From the NCBI RefSeq assembly GCF_053078305.1, contig NZ_CP166879.1: a stretch of DNA of 64,000 nucleotides, one strand, 5' to 3'. The translations under genes were made by a program, and so were the position numbers. Below are positions 51,961-61,166 of the stretch, piece by piece. Numbering within the stretch: position 1 is the stretch's first letter; the number at the start of each line of letters is the position of its first letter. The notes under the pieces were generated by a model. It did no database searches, was not told the DNA's origin, and saw nothing but the letters and a program-made list of their open reading frames with translations.

Positions 51961-52260
51961 CTCCATTTTTCTTTCTTCCAGTCAGGACTGCATCTGATTA
52001 ATCGTAAGCGCTCCGGGAAGTACGTCGCGTAAGGATTATTTTACAGCTGAGAAGTTTCAGTGCAGCAGTTCATGCACACGGTTCGACGGCTAGTCATTGA
52101 TCTTCATAATTACCTCGCGTAAAAAACGGGGTAAGGCCGCTCATCCAGCGTCATCTCCACAGGTAATAATTCAACGCCAATGCCAGAAGAGTTCCTTACC
52201 GGAAGACGCCGTGATATACGCCCTTTGATCGTAAGCGTCAACGGAGCACCGTATTGACGC

Positions 52261-53853
52261 TTATTTATTGGTGAGTACTACGTTCCATGGCAAGAGTTCA
52301 TCAACTCGGTTGGAAGGCCATTCCGGCAGTACGCTCAGGATATGGCGCAGATACGCTTCCGGATCGATACCGTTCAGACGGCAGGTGCCGATCAGCCCGT
52401 ACAACAGTGCTCCACGCTCGCCGCCGTGATCGCTGCCAAAGAACATAAAGTTTTTCTTTCCGAGACAGACTGCACGAAGCGCTCTTTCCGCAGCATTATT
52501 ATCCGCCTCCGCCAGACCGTCATCACTGTAATAACAGAGGGCATCCCACTGATTCAGTACATAGCTGAACGCTTCGCCCAGTCTGGATTTTTTCGACAGC
52601 GTACCATTCTTCTCCACCATCCATTCATGCAGCGACGTCAGTAACACTTTGCTTCGCTGCTGCCTGACGGAAAGACGCTCTGACTCCGGTAATCCCCGTA
52701 TTTCATCCTCGATGGCGTACAGTTCACTGATTCGCTTCAGGGCTTCTTCTGCCTTCGCACTTTTGCTGCTGATGTATACATCGTGGATTTTTCGCCGGGC
52801 ATGGGCCCAGCACGCAACTTCTGTCAGTGCACCACCTTCACGTTCTGCACTGAACAACCTGTCGTAACCTGTGAACGCATCCGCCTGCAGGATACCCCGG
52901 AAGGGGCGGAGGTGTTGCTCCGGGTGTTTCCCCTGCCGGTTCGGCGAGTACGCGAACCAGACCGCTGGAGGAGATGACGAACCCACATTGCGATCATCCC
53001 GGACATACGTCCAGATACGCCCTGTTTTCGCCTTTTTCTGACCCGGTGCCAGTACCTTTACCGGTGTGTCATCAGTGTGAACCTTGCGGGTGTTCATTAC
53101 ATAACGGTACAGGGCATCATTCACCGGTGTCATTAACTGGCAGCACGCGTCAACCCAGTTGGAGAGTAAGGCCCGGCTCAGTTCGACACCCTTGCGGGCA
53201 AAGATTTCACTCTGACGATACAGTGGCAGATGTTCGCAGTATTTTCCCGTTAACACGCGGGCAAGTAATCCGGGGCCCGCGATACCACGCTCTATCGGGC
53301 GGGACGGCGCCGGTGCTTCAACGATGCAGTCACATTTTGTACAGGCTTTTTTTACCCGTTCTGTGCGGATCACTTTCAGGGCGCTGCTCACCAGTTCCAG
53401 TTGTTCTGCACTGACTTCCCCCAGATAATCCAGCTCACCGCCACACTCCGGGCAACAGCTTTCTTCAGACTCCAGACGGTGTATTTCACGGGGAAGGTGT
53501 GCCGGTAACGGACGACGATGGCGCGACTGTCGCAACTGGCGGGGAACCTGTGGATCGTCTTCCCGCCCACTGTAACGATCGCTGTCCTGTTCGCGTTGTT
53601 TCAGCAGGGCCTCAGCCTGTTCAACTTCACGACGCAGTTTTTCAGAACGGGTACCGAACAGCATCCGGCGCAGTTTTTCTATCTGAGCCCGCAGATGTTC
53701 TATTTCCCGTTCATCTTCTTCGATCTTTTCTTCGGCACGTGCCAGTGCAGAGCGCAGGAAGGCCTCCGTCTCTTCAACCAGACTCAGTTGCTGGTCTTTC
53801 TGACGGAGCTGGCTTTCCAGTTCTGCAATGCGAATGAGGTATTTCTGACTCAT
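52261..53853 (-). CDS. IS66-family transposase (TnpC / Orf3)
   Basis: 530 aa; N-terminal coiled-coil/leucine zipper, zinc-finger-like CxxC pairs, DDE core. Confidence 0.9.
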   Translation of the reverse strand: MSQKYLIRIAELESQLRQKDQQLSLVEETEAFLRSALARAEEKIEEDEREIEHLRAQIEKLRRMLFGTRSEKLRREVEQAEALLKQREQDSDRYSGREDDPQVPRQLRQSRHRRPLPAHLPREIHRLESEESCCPECGGELDYLGEVSAEQLELVSSALKVIRTERVKKACTKCDCIVEAPAPSRPIERGIAGPGLLARVLTGKYCEHLPLYRQSEIFARKGVELSRALLSNWVDACCQLMTPVNDALYRYVMNTRKVHTDDTPVKVLAPGQKKAKTGRIWTYVRDDRNVGSSSPPAVWFAYSPNRQGKHPEQHLRPFRGILQADAFTGYDRLFSAEREGGALTEVACWAHARRKIHDVYISSKSAKAEEALKRISELYAIEDEIRGLPESERLSVRQQRSKVLLTSLHEWMVEKNGTLSKKSRLGEAFSYVLNQWDALCYYSDDGLAEADNNAAERALRAVCLGKKNFMFFGSDHGGERGALLYGLIGTCRLNGIDPEAYLRHILSVLPEWPSNRVDELLPWNVVLTNK

Positions 53854-53883
53854 GACCGTTTTTATAATGCGGTCAGGATTTTT

Positions 53884-54234
53884 TTACAACATTGTCAGTG
53901 AGTTACGGCGGGATGTTTTTGGCTGACGCCAGTCCAGCTTATCGAGGAGCATTGCCAGTTGCGAGCGGGTAATGGATACCTTGCCGTCACGTACCGCAGG
54001 CCAGATAAACTGGCCTTCCTCCAGGCGTTTAGTGAACAGGCACAGACCATCAGCATCAGCCCAAAGAATTTTAACGGTGTCACCCCGTCGGCCACGGAAG
54101 ATAAACAGGTGACCGGAGAAGGGATTATCATTCAGCACATGTTGTACCTGTTCTCCCAGTCCGTTGAAGGATTTACGCATATCGGTAACGCCGGCAACGA
54201 GCCAGATACGGGTACCTGATGGGAGTGAGATCAT
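53884..54234 (-). CDS. IS66 Orf2 (TnpB) accessory protein
   Basis: 116 aa; characteristic position and size; overlaps Orf1 by 4 bp. Confidence 0.85.
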   Translation of the reverse strand: MISLPSGTRIWLVAGVTDMRKSFNGLGEQVQHVLNDNPFSGHLFIFRGRRGDTVKILWADADGLCLFTKRLEEGQFIWPAVRDGKVSITRSQLAMLLDKLDWRQPKTSRRNSLTML

Positions 54235-54656
54235 CTTCCCCTCCCGGTCAGTTCACGGATCAACACCGTGAGCAGCTCTGGCGATGGATTTTCCAGCGTC
54301 ATGTTACCGTGACGGAATTCCACCTTGCAGGAGCTGGCACTGACTCTGGTCTGAGAGGTAGTGGATAAAGATGGCGCAATGGCCACCACAGGTTCTTTCT
54401 GCTCATCCGGCGTTATTTCTACAGGTAATAATTCAACGCCAGTGTCAGAAGAGGTCGTTACCGGAAGACGCCGCGAAACACGCCCTTCGTTCTGCCAGAG
54501 CCTGAGCCATTTGAACAGGAGGTTATCATTGATATCGTGTTCCCGGGCGATACGGGCAACAGAGGCTCCTGGTTGCAAAGCCAGTTTAACCATTTGAAGT
54601 TTAAAATTATTTGAAAATGATCTGCGGGGTTCTGCGGATAATGTTTTTTGCTCCAT
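54231..54656 (-). CDS. IS66 Orf1 (TnpA) accessory protein
   Basis: 141 aa; N-terminal HTH-like region (FKLQMVKLALQPGASVARIAREHDINDNLLFKW). Confidence 0.8.
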   Translation of the reverse strand: MEQKTLSAEPRRSFSNNFKLQMVKLALQPGASVARIAREHDINDNLLFKWLRLWQNEGRVSRRLPVTTSSDTGVELLPVEITPDEQKEPVVAIAPSLSTTSQTRVSASSCKVEFRHGNMTLENPSPELLTVLIRELTGRGR

Positions 54657-54748
54657 AACAGGCGTCCACTAGTTTGAAAAGGTGGGCACCTACGTTACCA
54701 ATACTGGCTTAATGGCTACATACGGCAGTCGGTTTACGCTTACCTTTG

Positions 54749-54993
54749 ATCAGCCAGAGCCTGAGCCATTTGAACAGAAGATTATCATTGATATCATGCT
54801 CCCGGGCAATACGGGCAACAAAAACCCTTGGTTGTAAAGCCAGTTTAACCATTTGAAGTTTAAACTCATTTGAAAATGACCTGCGGGGTTCTGCGGATAA
54901 TGTTTTTTGTTCCATAACAGGCATCCACTAGTTTGAAAAGGTGGGCACCTACGTTACCAATACTGGCTTAATGGCTACATACGACGGTCGGTT
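54749..54993 (-). mobile_element. partial tandem duplicate of the IS66 left end (with truncated orf1 copy at 54709-54924)
   Basis: About 245 bp roughly 95% identical to 54493-54748, including a second GTAAGCG-type terminal repeat at 54993. Confidence 0.7.
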
Positions 54994-55045
54994 TACGCTT
55001 ACCAGAAAACTAATAGTGCTATATGCAATTTTTAATATTCAGACT

Positions 55046-57727
55046 TTAGCCTGACAGGCCTGACAAAAACGCGCCCAACTTCCCTTCTATATCACTGTCT
55101 ATAGTACGTAATCTTAGCAATGGCAGACCACATTTCTTCAGTATACTGTTTTTAAGTTCATCACGTTCAGCCTGGACACTGGTCAGATGATAGCCTCCAT
55201 CCACTTCAATAACCCCTAATGGAGTCTTCCCGACCTTATAGTAAACAACAAAGTCACAACTGGCCCGATTACGCATGAATAACAGTTCACGGTGAGTAAA
55301 ATCTCCCCGCTCCAGCAACACCAACTGATTCAGCGCTATTTGTGAATGAAACATCATGCTCCGATAACTATCCTGCGACAGGATATCCCGCAACAGGCAG
55401 GCCACAATCTGTTCTGACTTAAAGCGTGAATCATCTGAATTCAATCTACTATTCAGTCGTTCCAGTGATTTGTCATACTCACTGTACAGCAAATCAAATG
55501 CTGATATCACCGGGCTCTCGAAAATCTCTCCGTCATCAGCGTAGTATCTGATGTAACGAATCAGTGCCGCAATATGTCCAGCGTGGCGTTCAAATACATC
55601 ATTACCAGTCACCAACGTAAATTTGTTTCGGGCCCTTGAAACAGCGACATTCACCAGTTCAGGATTATCAACAAACGCGATATTCCGACTTTGCTGGCTG
55701 CTGCGTTTCTTATCCAGCACAGTGGAAAACACAATTTCATCGCACTCCCGTCCCTGAAATTTATGCACCGTCGATTTCACAAAATCAGCGGGCAGCACTG
55801 TTTCAGCCAGATTAACCTGTGCATTATATGGGGCGATATATCCCCTGCTACTTTCCTCATCCCAGTAATGTCCTTCCAGAGATTCAAGCTCCCTGAGATT
55901 TGAAAAATTACGGGTATGGTTTCCTTTTGCCGTGATGATCAGAGATAATGAGGCTTCACCTGAATCAAGCGTTAGCGGTATCAGAGCATTATCATAAAAC
56001 TGCTTATTACAAAATTGAATGATTTTAGGATGACAGCGATAATGCTCTTTAAGAAGAGTTACTGGCACCATATTCCTGAACGACATACAAACCGAATCAA
56101 GTAGACTATATTTCTCACAATTATAGTATTCTGCCGGTGGAGATGGGCTGTTCGGGAGTAATACAGGAACATGTGGAAGTTGCTTTCGATCCCCTACAAC
56201 GATTACATTACGGGCACATCCTAGTCCCAGAATGCCCGGAACAATATCCTGCTGTGAGGCTTCATCAATAATCACATAATCAAGAAGAGCCCCCTTACCG
56301 ATAGAGTTAATAATAGAATGCGTGCTGCTACCAATAACCGGAAAACGCTTTATAAAACGGTTAAATTCATCCCTGTATGTCTCTGCCGAGAATGAATTTC
56401 TTGTTGAAATATTTCTTCGCAGATGTTGTTTTAAATAAAGCACAGACCATGATGTCAGGCGCTCCAGTAAAATTTTAAAATCAGATTCCTTTAATACTTT
56501 CTCATATTCATTCAAAGAAATTTGTTTTTCCCGGATGGATTTTTCATAATAAGAAAGCTGAAGAGAAGTAAATAGTGCCAGCCTTCTCTCCGGAATCACC
56601 AATGGTTTGACTTTCAGTATCCTGAAGTTTAACAACAAATCAATTCTGTTTCTGAATCCAATCCGCCTGTCAGAAAGGTAATGAATATAAGCCATCAGGT
56701 CAGTTGTTTTTCGTGAGGAAAGTCGGTATTTGTGAGAAAAAAGCTCCTCCGGTCGAAGATTCTGACTCTGCCATTGCTGCAGGTATTTATACTCAACACT
56801 CAGTTCATTAATTTCTGCTTTTAACGAAGCAACCTGGTTGATAGCATTCAGGTGTTTTTTCACTTGTTGAAGTACATCATCAATCATATTTGCAGACGGT
56901 GAGTCAGGTAAGACTTCCTCAGAACGCGAAATCGACGTTGAAAAAAACTGTTGTCTGTTCTCCGTACTTCCCAGTCGTGCCACCACATATCCCAGTCGTT
57001 GTTTGTCCATTTTTTCATAAACATTACTGACAGCTGAGTTATTATTGGACAAAATTGCCACTGTTTTATTCTGAATTAATATATTGGCAACAATATTGAG
57101 AATAGTCTGTGTTTTACCTGTCCCAGGTGGTCCTTCAATAACTGAAATCTGTGAGGAAAATGCCCGTTCAACCGCCATTAACTGACTCTCATTCAGGCCA
57201 AACGGAAAAATCAACCCCCATGGCGAATCACGTTTTTTACTCTGTCCTGAACAGTATGCATGCAAGGCGGTATCCGGATGAGGAACTATTTTCTTTATCT
57301 GTCTGAGGATATTCTCATCGATATTTTTATTATTACCTCGAGCATAAAAAACACGTTCGTCAGCCACCCTGCACAAGTAATTAAACACGGCATGCTCTGT
57401 AAATGCTGAACACTGTTGAAAGTCAAGTCCGGTCGTTTTCATGATGTAGGGTCGTTCGCTCTCACGGTAATAAACAGCAGCATATTTATCACCATAGATA
57501 ATAACCCGTTCAGCCCGGGATGTTACAGCGTTCCCTTTCCTTTCGAGGAAAACATTTCGCAAAATTACAGTTGGCGTTATCTGACATACAGAAAGCGGAC
57601 GAGTATATTTTTTCCCGCTGCGAAAATGACAGGTCAGCATAACCTCTCCGTCATCATTTCCAGCCCACAGAGTCCAGTCGGTAATTTTATGAGTCTTATT
57701 TTCACCGTCAACACAAATCGTGACCAT
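55046..57727 (-). CDS. SF1 (Upf1/DNA2-like) helicase with C-terminal DUF559/Vsr-like nuclease-fold domain; candidate single-gene defence protein
   Basis: 893 aa; Walker A GPPGTGKT; motif II VIIDEASQ; C-terminal DFVVYYK...GVIEVDGGYH...LPLLRLR resembles the DUF559/Vsr-like PD-(D/E)xK fold; about 190 aa N-terminal domain of unknown function. Confidence 0.7.
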   Translation of the reverse strand: MVTICVDGENKTHKITDWTLWAGNDDGEVMLTCHFRSGKKYTRPLSVCQITPTVILRNVFLERKGNAVTSRAERVIIYGDKYAAVYYRESERPYIMKTTGLDFQQCSAFTEHAVFNYLCRVADERVFYARGNNKNIDENILRQIKKIVPHPDTALHAYCSGQSKKRDSPWGLIFPFGLNESQLMAVERAFSSQISVIEGPPGTGKTQTILNIVANILIQNKTVAILSNNNSAVSNVYEKMDKQRLGYVVARLGSTENRQQFFSTSISRSEEVLPDSPSANMIDDVLQQVKKHLNAINQVASLKAEINELSVEYKYLQQWQSQNLRPEELFSHKYRLSSRKTTDLMAYIHYLSDRRIGFRNRIDLLLNFRILKVKPLVIPERRLALFTSLQLSYYEKSIREKQISLNEYEKVLKESDFKILLERLTSWSVLYLKQHLRRNISTRNSFSAETYRDEFNRFIKRFPVIGSSTHSIINSIGKGALLDYVIIDEASQQDIVPGILGLGCARNVIVVGDRKQLPHVPVLLPNSPSPPAEYYNCEKYSLLDSVCMSFRNMVPVTLLKEHYRCHPKIIQFCNKQFYDNALIPLTLDSGEASLSLIITAKGNHTRNFSNLRELESLEGHYWDEESSRGYIAPYNAQVNLAETVLPADFVKSTVHKFQGRECDEIVFSTVLDKKRSSQQSRNIAFVDNPELVNVAVSRARNKFTLVTGNDVFERHAGHIAALIRYIRYYADDGEIFESPVISAFDLLYSEYDKSLERLNSRLNSDDSRFKSEQIVACLLRDILSQDSYRSMMFHSQIALNQLVLLERGDFTHRELLFMRNRASCDFVVYYKVGKTPLGVIEVDGGYHLTSVQAERDELKNSILKKCGLPLLRLRTIDSDIEGKLGAFLSGLSG

Positions 57728-58235
57728 ATTCTCACTCAGTAATTATCATTTAACTTACGGAAAATTGTTATGAAACTCCCGATATTTACCCGGTAAAATA
57801 CTTGTCATTGTTTGAAGCCCTCCCTAAAAAATGACCAGGCATTTGATAACCCGGTGTATTTCTCCCGATATGAGCTCCGGAGGATTTTCCACAACTCCGG
57901 GTGTGTTAACATATTCCCGCCGGCCATATATACATTGAGTTCAGTCATAACAGTCAATACCAGGATTACAGGAACGCGATGCTGATACGCTGGTTATTGA
58001 ATACTGGTAGCCCCTAACTACTAATTCATCACGATACTCTGTACTTACTGTTTTTTACAACCATTCCCCCAGGTAAAAGAGTCCATTTATCATGCCCCTC
58101 TTTAACGCCTGCCAGCATAATTTAAGAATGGATACCGTGGGTGGAATTAACAATACCTGCTCAGGCCAATGCCATGTAACCGCCTCACTGAAAAAGCCAG
58201 ATCATCTAACCAGGTACAGACCAACATCGCAAAAA

Positions 58236-58385
58236 TTACCATGTAGCACGAACTGCTGTCATATTTCTGTTCAGGTATGCCGCTATTTCGCGGGTTTTCT
58301 TCACGCCATAATGCGTTTCAAGGTAGCGAACATCTTCGATTGTCCATGGTGTGCGCGCTCTTCCGGGGGTATTTTCCATTTCCAT
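58236..58385 (-). CDS. small ORF (49 aa) with Myb/SANT-like pattern; putative DNA-binding protein
   Basis: Not in the supplied ORF track (below 60 aa); starts 16 bp downstream of the ImpA-N gene stop; W-x(2)-E-D-x(2)-L-x(3)-YG...IAxxL.R...R..W spacing. Confidence 0.35.
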   Translation of the reverse strand: MEMENTPGRARTPWTIEDVRYLETHYGVKKTREIAAYLNRNMTAVRATW

Positions 58386-58400
58386 GTTTTATCTCAGCCA

Positions 58401-59765
58401 TTATGGCTGCCTCTCCTGATTGCCTGTGTGTTCCATCTGATAACGATTAATCAGCTGATTCAGTGCCATTTCAGCCTGTTTTTGCTGCTGTTCACTGCCA
58501 TTCTGATTACGGGCTTCATCATAGCGACGTAACTGCTCTTCTGCCGGGATATGCCGGTTAAAAGCCTGCATGATGCCAAACACCTCCGTTTTCAGTTCAC
58601 TGACCGTCATGTATTTTCCCCGCTGTTCATCCAGACGGTTCAGGCGCTCAGCCAGCTGCTGTAAGCGGGTCATGCCTTCGTTCCAGCCCGTCATCGCCTC
58701 TTCCGGAAGCGCTCGGCTCCTTACGCTCTTCTGCCAGTTATCCACCATTTCCTGAACACGGGGATTGTCGGGGAAAAGTCCCCTCAGTTGCTGCAGCAGC
58801 TGCGCACTGCGTTGCAGGTTGTATGCCGGCGGTAGTTCTGTCAGTCGCGTTATCTGCTGACCGGAAAGGGTTATCCACTCTGACGCATGATTTAACAGTG
58901 AGGGTGTTCTGCTGAGTTGCGCCATCTGGTCTGCTGAAAGCACATCCGGTAGTGGTGCCAGCAGCGCCCTGAGTTGCTGCTCCGCCGATGATGGCTGTGT
59001 CAGAAACTGCCATCCCGGAATGACCACGCTGACAGTCAGCAATGCCGCACAGACACCAGCCACAAACGGTTTCAGAAACGTGGGCGGGGATTTCTGAAGG
59101 GAGGGTGTGGGTTCTGCTTTTGTTTCAGAAACAACATACACCAGACGGGAGTACGGCAGGGGCTGATGTTCCTGTACATCCGGAGCATCAGACCGGAGTG
59201 CCTGAGCCGGAAGGGTTACCGGCGACGATACTTCACCCTGCACAGGCTGATTCTCCAGACGGGTGATATATCCCTTCACCATGGCTTCCGGTAAAGCCAC
59301 TTTACTGCTCTGTTTAAGTTCATGCCGGGCCAGTATGTCACTCAGCGTTTTCAGGCATGTTTCTGTCTGATACAGCAGGGGCAGATTGTCACGCTCATCC
59401 GGTGGCATGGCCCGGAGCGTTTTTTGCAGACGACTGAACAGACCGGTAATAATTTCCAGCCGGGCGTGGGTATTCAGCGGCCACATCACTGACCAGTGAT
59501 GCCGGGTCAGCGCCACAATCAGAGCCAGCCCTTCATTCAGACCACTTAACCCTGCTGTATGCATCCGGGCGATGGTGTACCAGGATACCGTCTGTAATTC
59601 CACGCCATTGTGTTCATACAGACGCAGGCAGAGCGTCTCCACATAACGCCAGTCCACATCCGGACGTGCCGGGTGAGTCAGCTTGCTGATTTCATCGCGC
59701 AGGGCAGCATAATCCGGTAATGACCGGGGGTCATTACCTGTTTTCAGTTTTACTTCAGAAGTCAT
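58401..59765 (-). CDS. T6SS-associated ImpA-N domain protein (VasL/TagA-like)
   Basis: 454 aa; N-terminal ImpA_N-like region (GNDPRSLPDYAALRDEISKL), central TM segment; adjacent to T6SS core genes. Confidence 0.7.
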   Translation of the reverse strand: MTSEVKLKTGNDPRSLPDYAALRDEISKLTHPARPDVDWRYVETLCLRLYEHNGVELQTVSWYTIARMHTAGLSGLNEGLALIVALTRHHWSVMWPLNTHARLEIITGLFSRLQKTLRAMPPDERDNLPLLYQTETCLKTLSDILARHELKQSSKVALPEAMVKGYITRLENQPVQGEVSSPVTLPAQALRSDAPDVQEHQPLPYSRLVYVVSETKAEPTPSLQKSPPTFLKPFVAGVCAALLTVSVVIPGWQFLTQPSSAEQQLRALLAPLPDVLSADQMAQLSRTPSLLNHASEWITLSGQQITRLTELPPAYNLQRSAQLLQQLRGLFPDNPRVQEMVDNWQKSVRSRALPEEAMTGWNEGMTRLQQLAERLNRLDEQRGKYMTVSELKTEVFGIMQAFNRHIPAEEQLRRYDEARNQNGSEQQQKQAEMALNQLINRYQMEHTGNQERQP

Positions 59766-59819
59766 CGGCAGATTCAGTGTTGCTGTATCAAATCATAATT
59801 AATATTCCCGGAAAGAGCG

Positions 59820-60128
59820 TCAGTGTAATACCGGTACCCGGGAAAGGTATTCCACCGCACGGATGATTGCCGGTGTCACATCCCACCGCCGCTTCAGAAC
59901 CGCCAATAACTCACTGAGTGTTCTGATATAACGTTCAGTGAACAGTCGCTGCCCGTCCCTGGTTAAATGAAAACCGGACTGATTACAGGTAATGGTAATA
60001 TGGCAGGCATCATTACCAATATATACGGCTTCCTGTGGCCTGAATCTGACATTCCAGTGCCAGGAATACGGAGCATGATTCAGATAAAAAAGGCGCATCT
60101 GGATGTCATTAAATAACGGGTTCATCAT
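59820..60128 (-). CDS. hypothetical T6SS-cluster protein (102 aa)
   Basis: ORF between the ImpA-N gene and tssE; no motif. Confidence 0.45.
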   Translation of the reverse strand: MMNPLFNDIQMRLFYLNHAPYSWHWNVRFRPQEAVYIGNDACHITITCNQSGFHLTRDGQRLFTERYIRTLSELLAVLKRRWDVTPAIIRAVEYLSRVPVLH

Positions 60129-60177
60129 TCAGCCCTCGTTTATGTCTGTTAAGCACACGGATAAGGGGAACCATAAA

Positions 60178-60630
60178 TCACCCCCTGAAAGTCATCACAT
60201 TATCCACAAACTGCTGTTGCTTCAGATATCGCAGTAACACCCTGCCCTCCGGCATAAAAGTTGTTCCGTAACGAACCAGTCCTGCATCTTTAAGTTCTGC
60301 ATCAATGACATAATGCAACTCACCAGGCTGAGTCTGTTCCTGCATCGTCACCCCGACACGCTTAATACGTGGCTCATACTTCAGCAGAACATCTGAAAGC
60401 ACACACATCAGTTGATGCGCCGTTCCCGGCATTCCCTGCAGAATGCTTGTCATATCCGGCAGACCATAATCCGGAAGATGTTTAAGGCTTCCGGCCCGGG
60501 TATTCAGAATACGCTGCATGTTATCGAGCACCGAAAGAATAACCTGCTCTTCCTCACTGACCTGGTTTAACTCCAGCCCGCCAGCGAAATTGCCATAGAG
60601 AATTTCATAAAGGGAAGGACGCGGCATCAC
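60178..60630 (-). CDS. tssE: type VI secretion baseplate protein TssE (gp25-like)
   Basis: 150 aa; gp25-like pattern (SLYEIL...LPDYGLPD...); adjacent to tssJ/G/F. Confidence 0.8.
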   Translation of the reverse strand: MMPRPSLYEILYGNFAGGLELNQVSEEEQVILSVLDNMQRILNTRAGSLKHLPDYGLPDMTSILQGMPGTAHQLMCVLSDVLLKYEPRIKRVGVTMQEQTQPGELHYVIDAELKDAGLVRYGTTFMPEGRVLLRYLKQQQFVDNVMTFRG

Positions 60631-61166
60631 TATTTATCCTTCACCGGTAACAGCGTCAGGGTGTTACCGGATACTTCAATAAGACGGGGCGTGTCCGGCT
60701 CAAGCTCATCCCGGCTCAGCACCACCCGCCAGGTATTTTTCTTCCGGTCAGGCTCCAGAAACATTGCTGCCACACCGGTAAATTTCGCCGCATCATCCAG
60801 AGGCATATCCACGGCCACTGAACCACCTGGCTGCAGCCATACATCTTTCTGTGCAATGATATCGCCTGCCAGAATTTCACTGTCCCCCGTAAAAAGCGCC
60901 TGATAATCCGCGCTGTCAAAATTCCGGTTGTCTTTAAGCTGATAAATCCGCACCACAACCGACAGGGGAATACCGGCAGCACTGGTGTTAATGGCCTCCC
61001 TGGCACGAATATCAAGGTGAAGTGTTTTTATCTGTCGGTAAAACAGGGATTTCGTGGCAGATACCGTACCGTCTGCCACTCTTTGCGTCAGGCCACACCC
61101 TGATAACGACAGGGAAAACAACGCAATAATCAGACCGTAACCAGTCTTACCAGCGATAATCGCCAT
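60630..61166 (-). CDS. tssJ: type VI secretion lipoprotein TssJ (SciN-like)
   Basis: 178 aa; lipobox LSGC; position between tssG and tssE. Confidence 0.8.
   Translation of the reverse strand: MAIIAGKTGYGLIIALFSLSLSGCGLTQRVADGTVSATKSLFYRQIKTLHLDIRAREAINTSAAGIPLSVVVRIYQLKDNRNFDSADYQALFTGDSEILAGDIIAQKDVWLQPGGSVAVDMPLDDAAKFTGVAAMFLEPDRKKNTWRVVLSRDELEPDTPRLIEVSGNTLTLLPVKDK

Larger units (their letters stand above)
52231..54748 (-). mobile_element. IS66-family insertion sequence (about 2.5 kb)
   Basis: Three-ORF organisation; terminal GTAAGCG-type inverted repeats at 52231 and 54748. Confidence 0.8.

Noticed and set aside
58092-58532. 146 aa plus-strand ORF
   Set aside because: Overlaps the 3' end of the ImpA-N gene and the small Myb-like ORF on the opposite strand; Cys/His-rich low-complexity translation; likely spurious.
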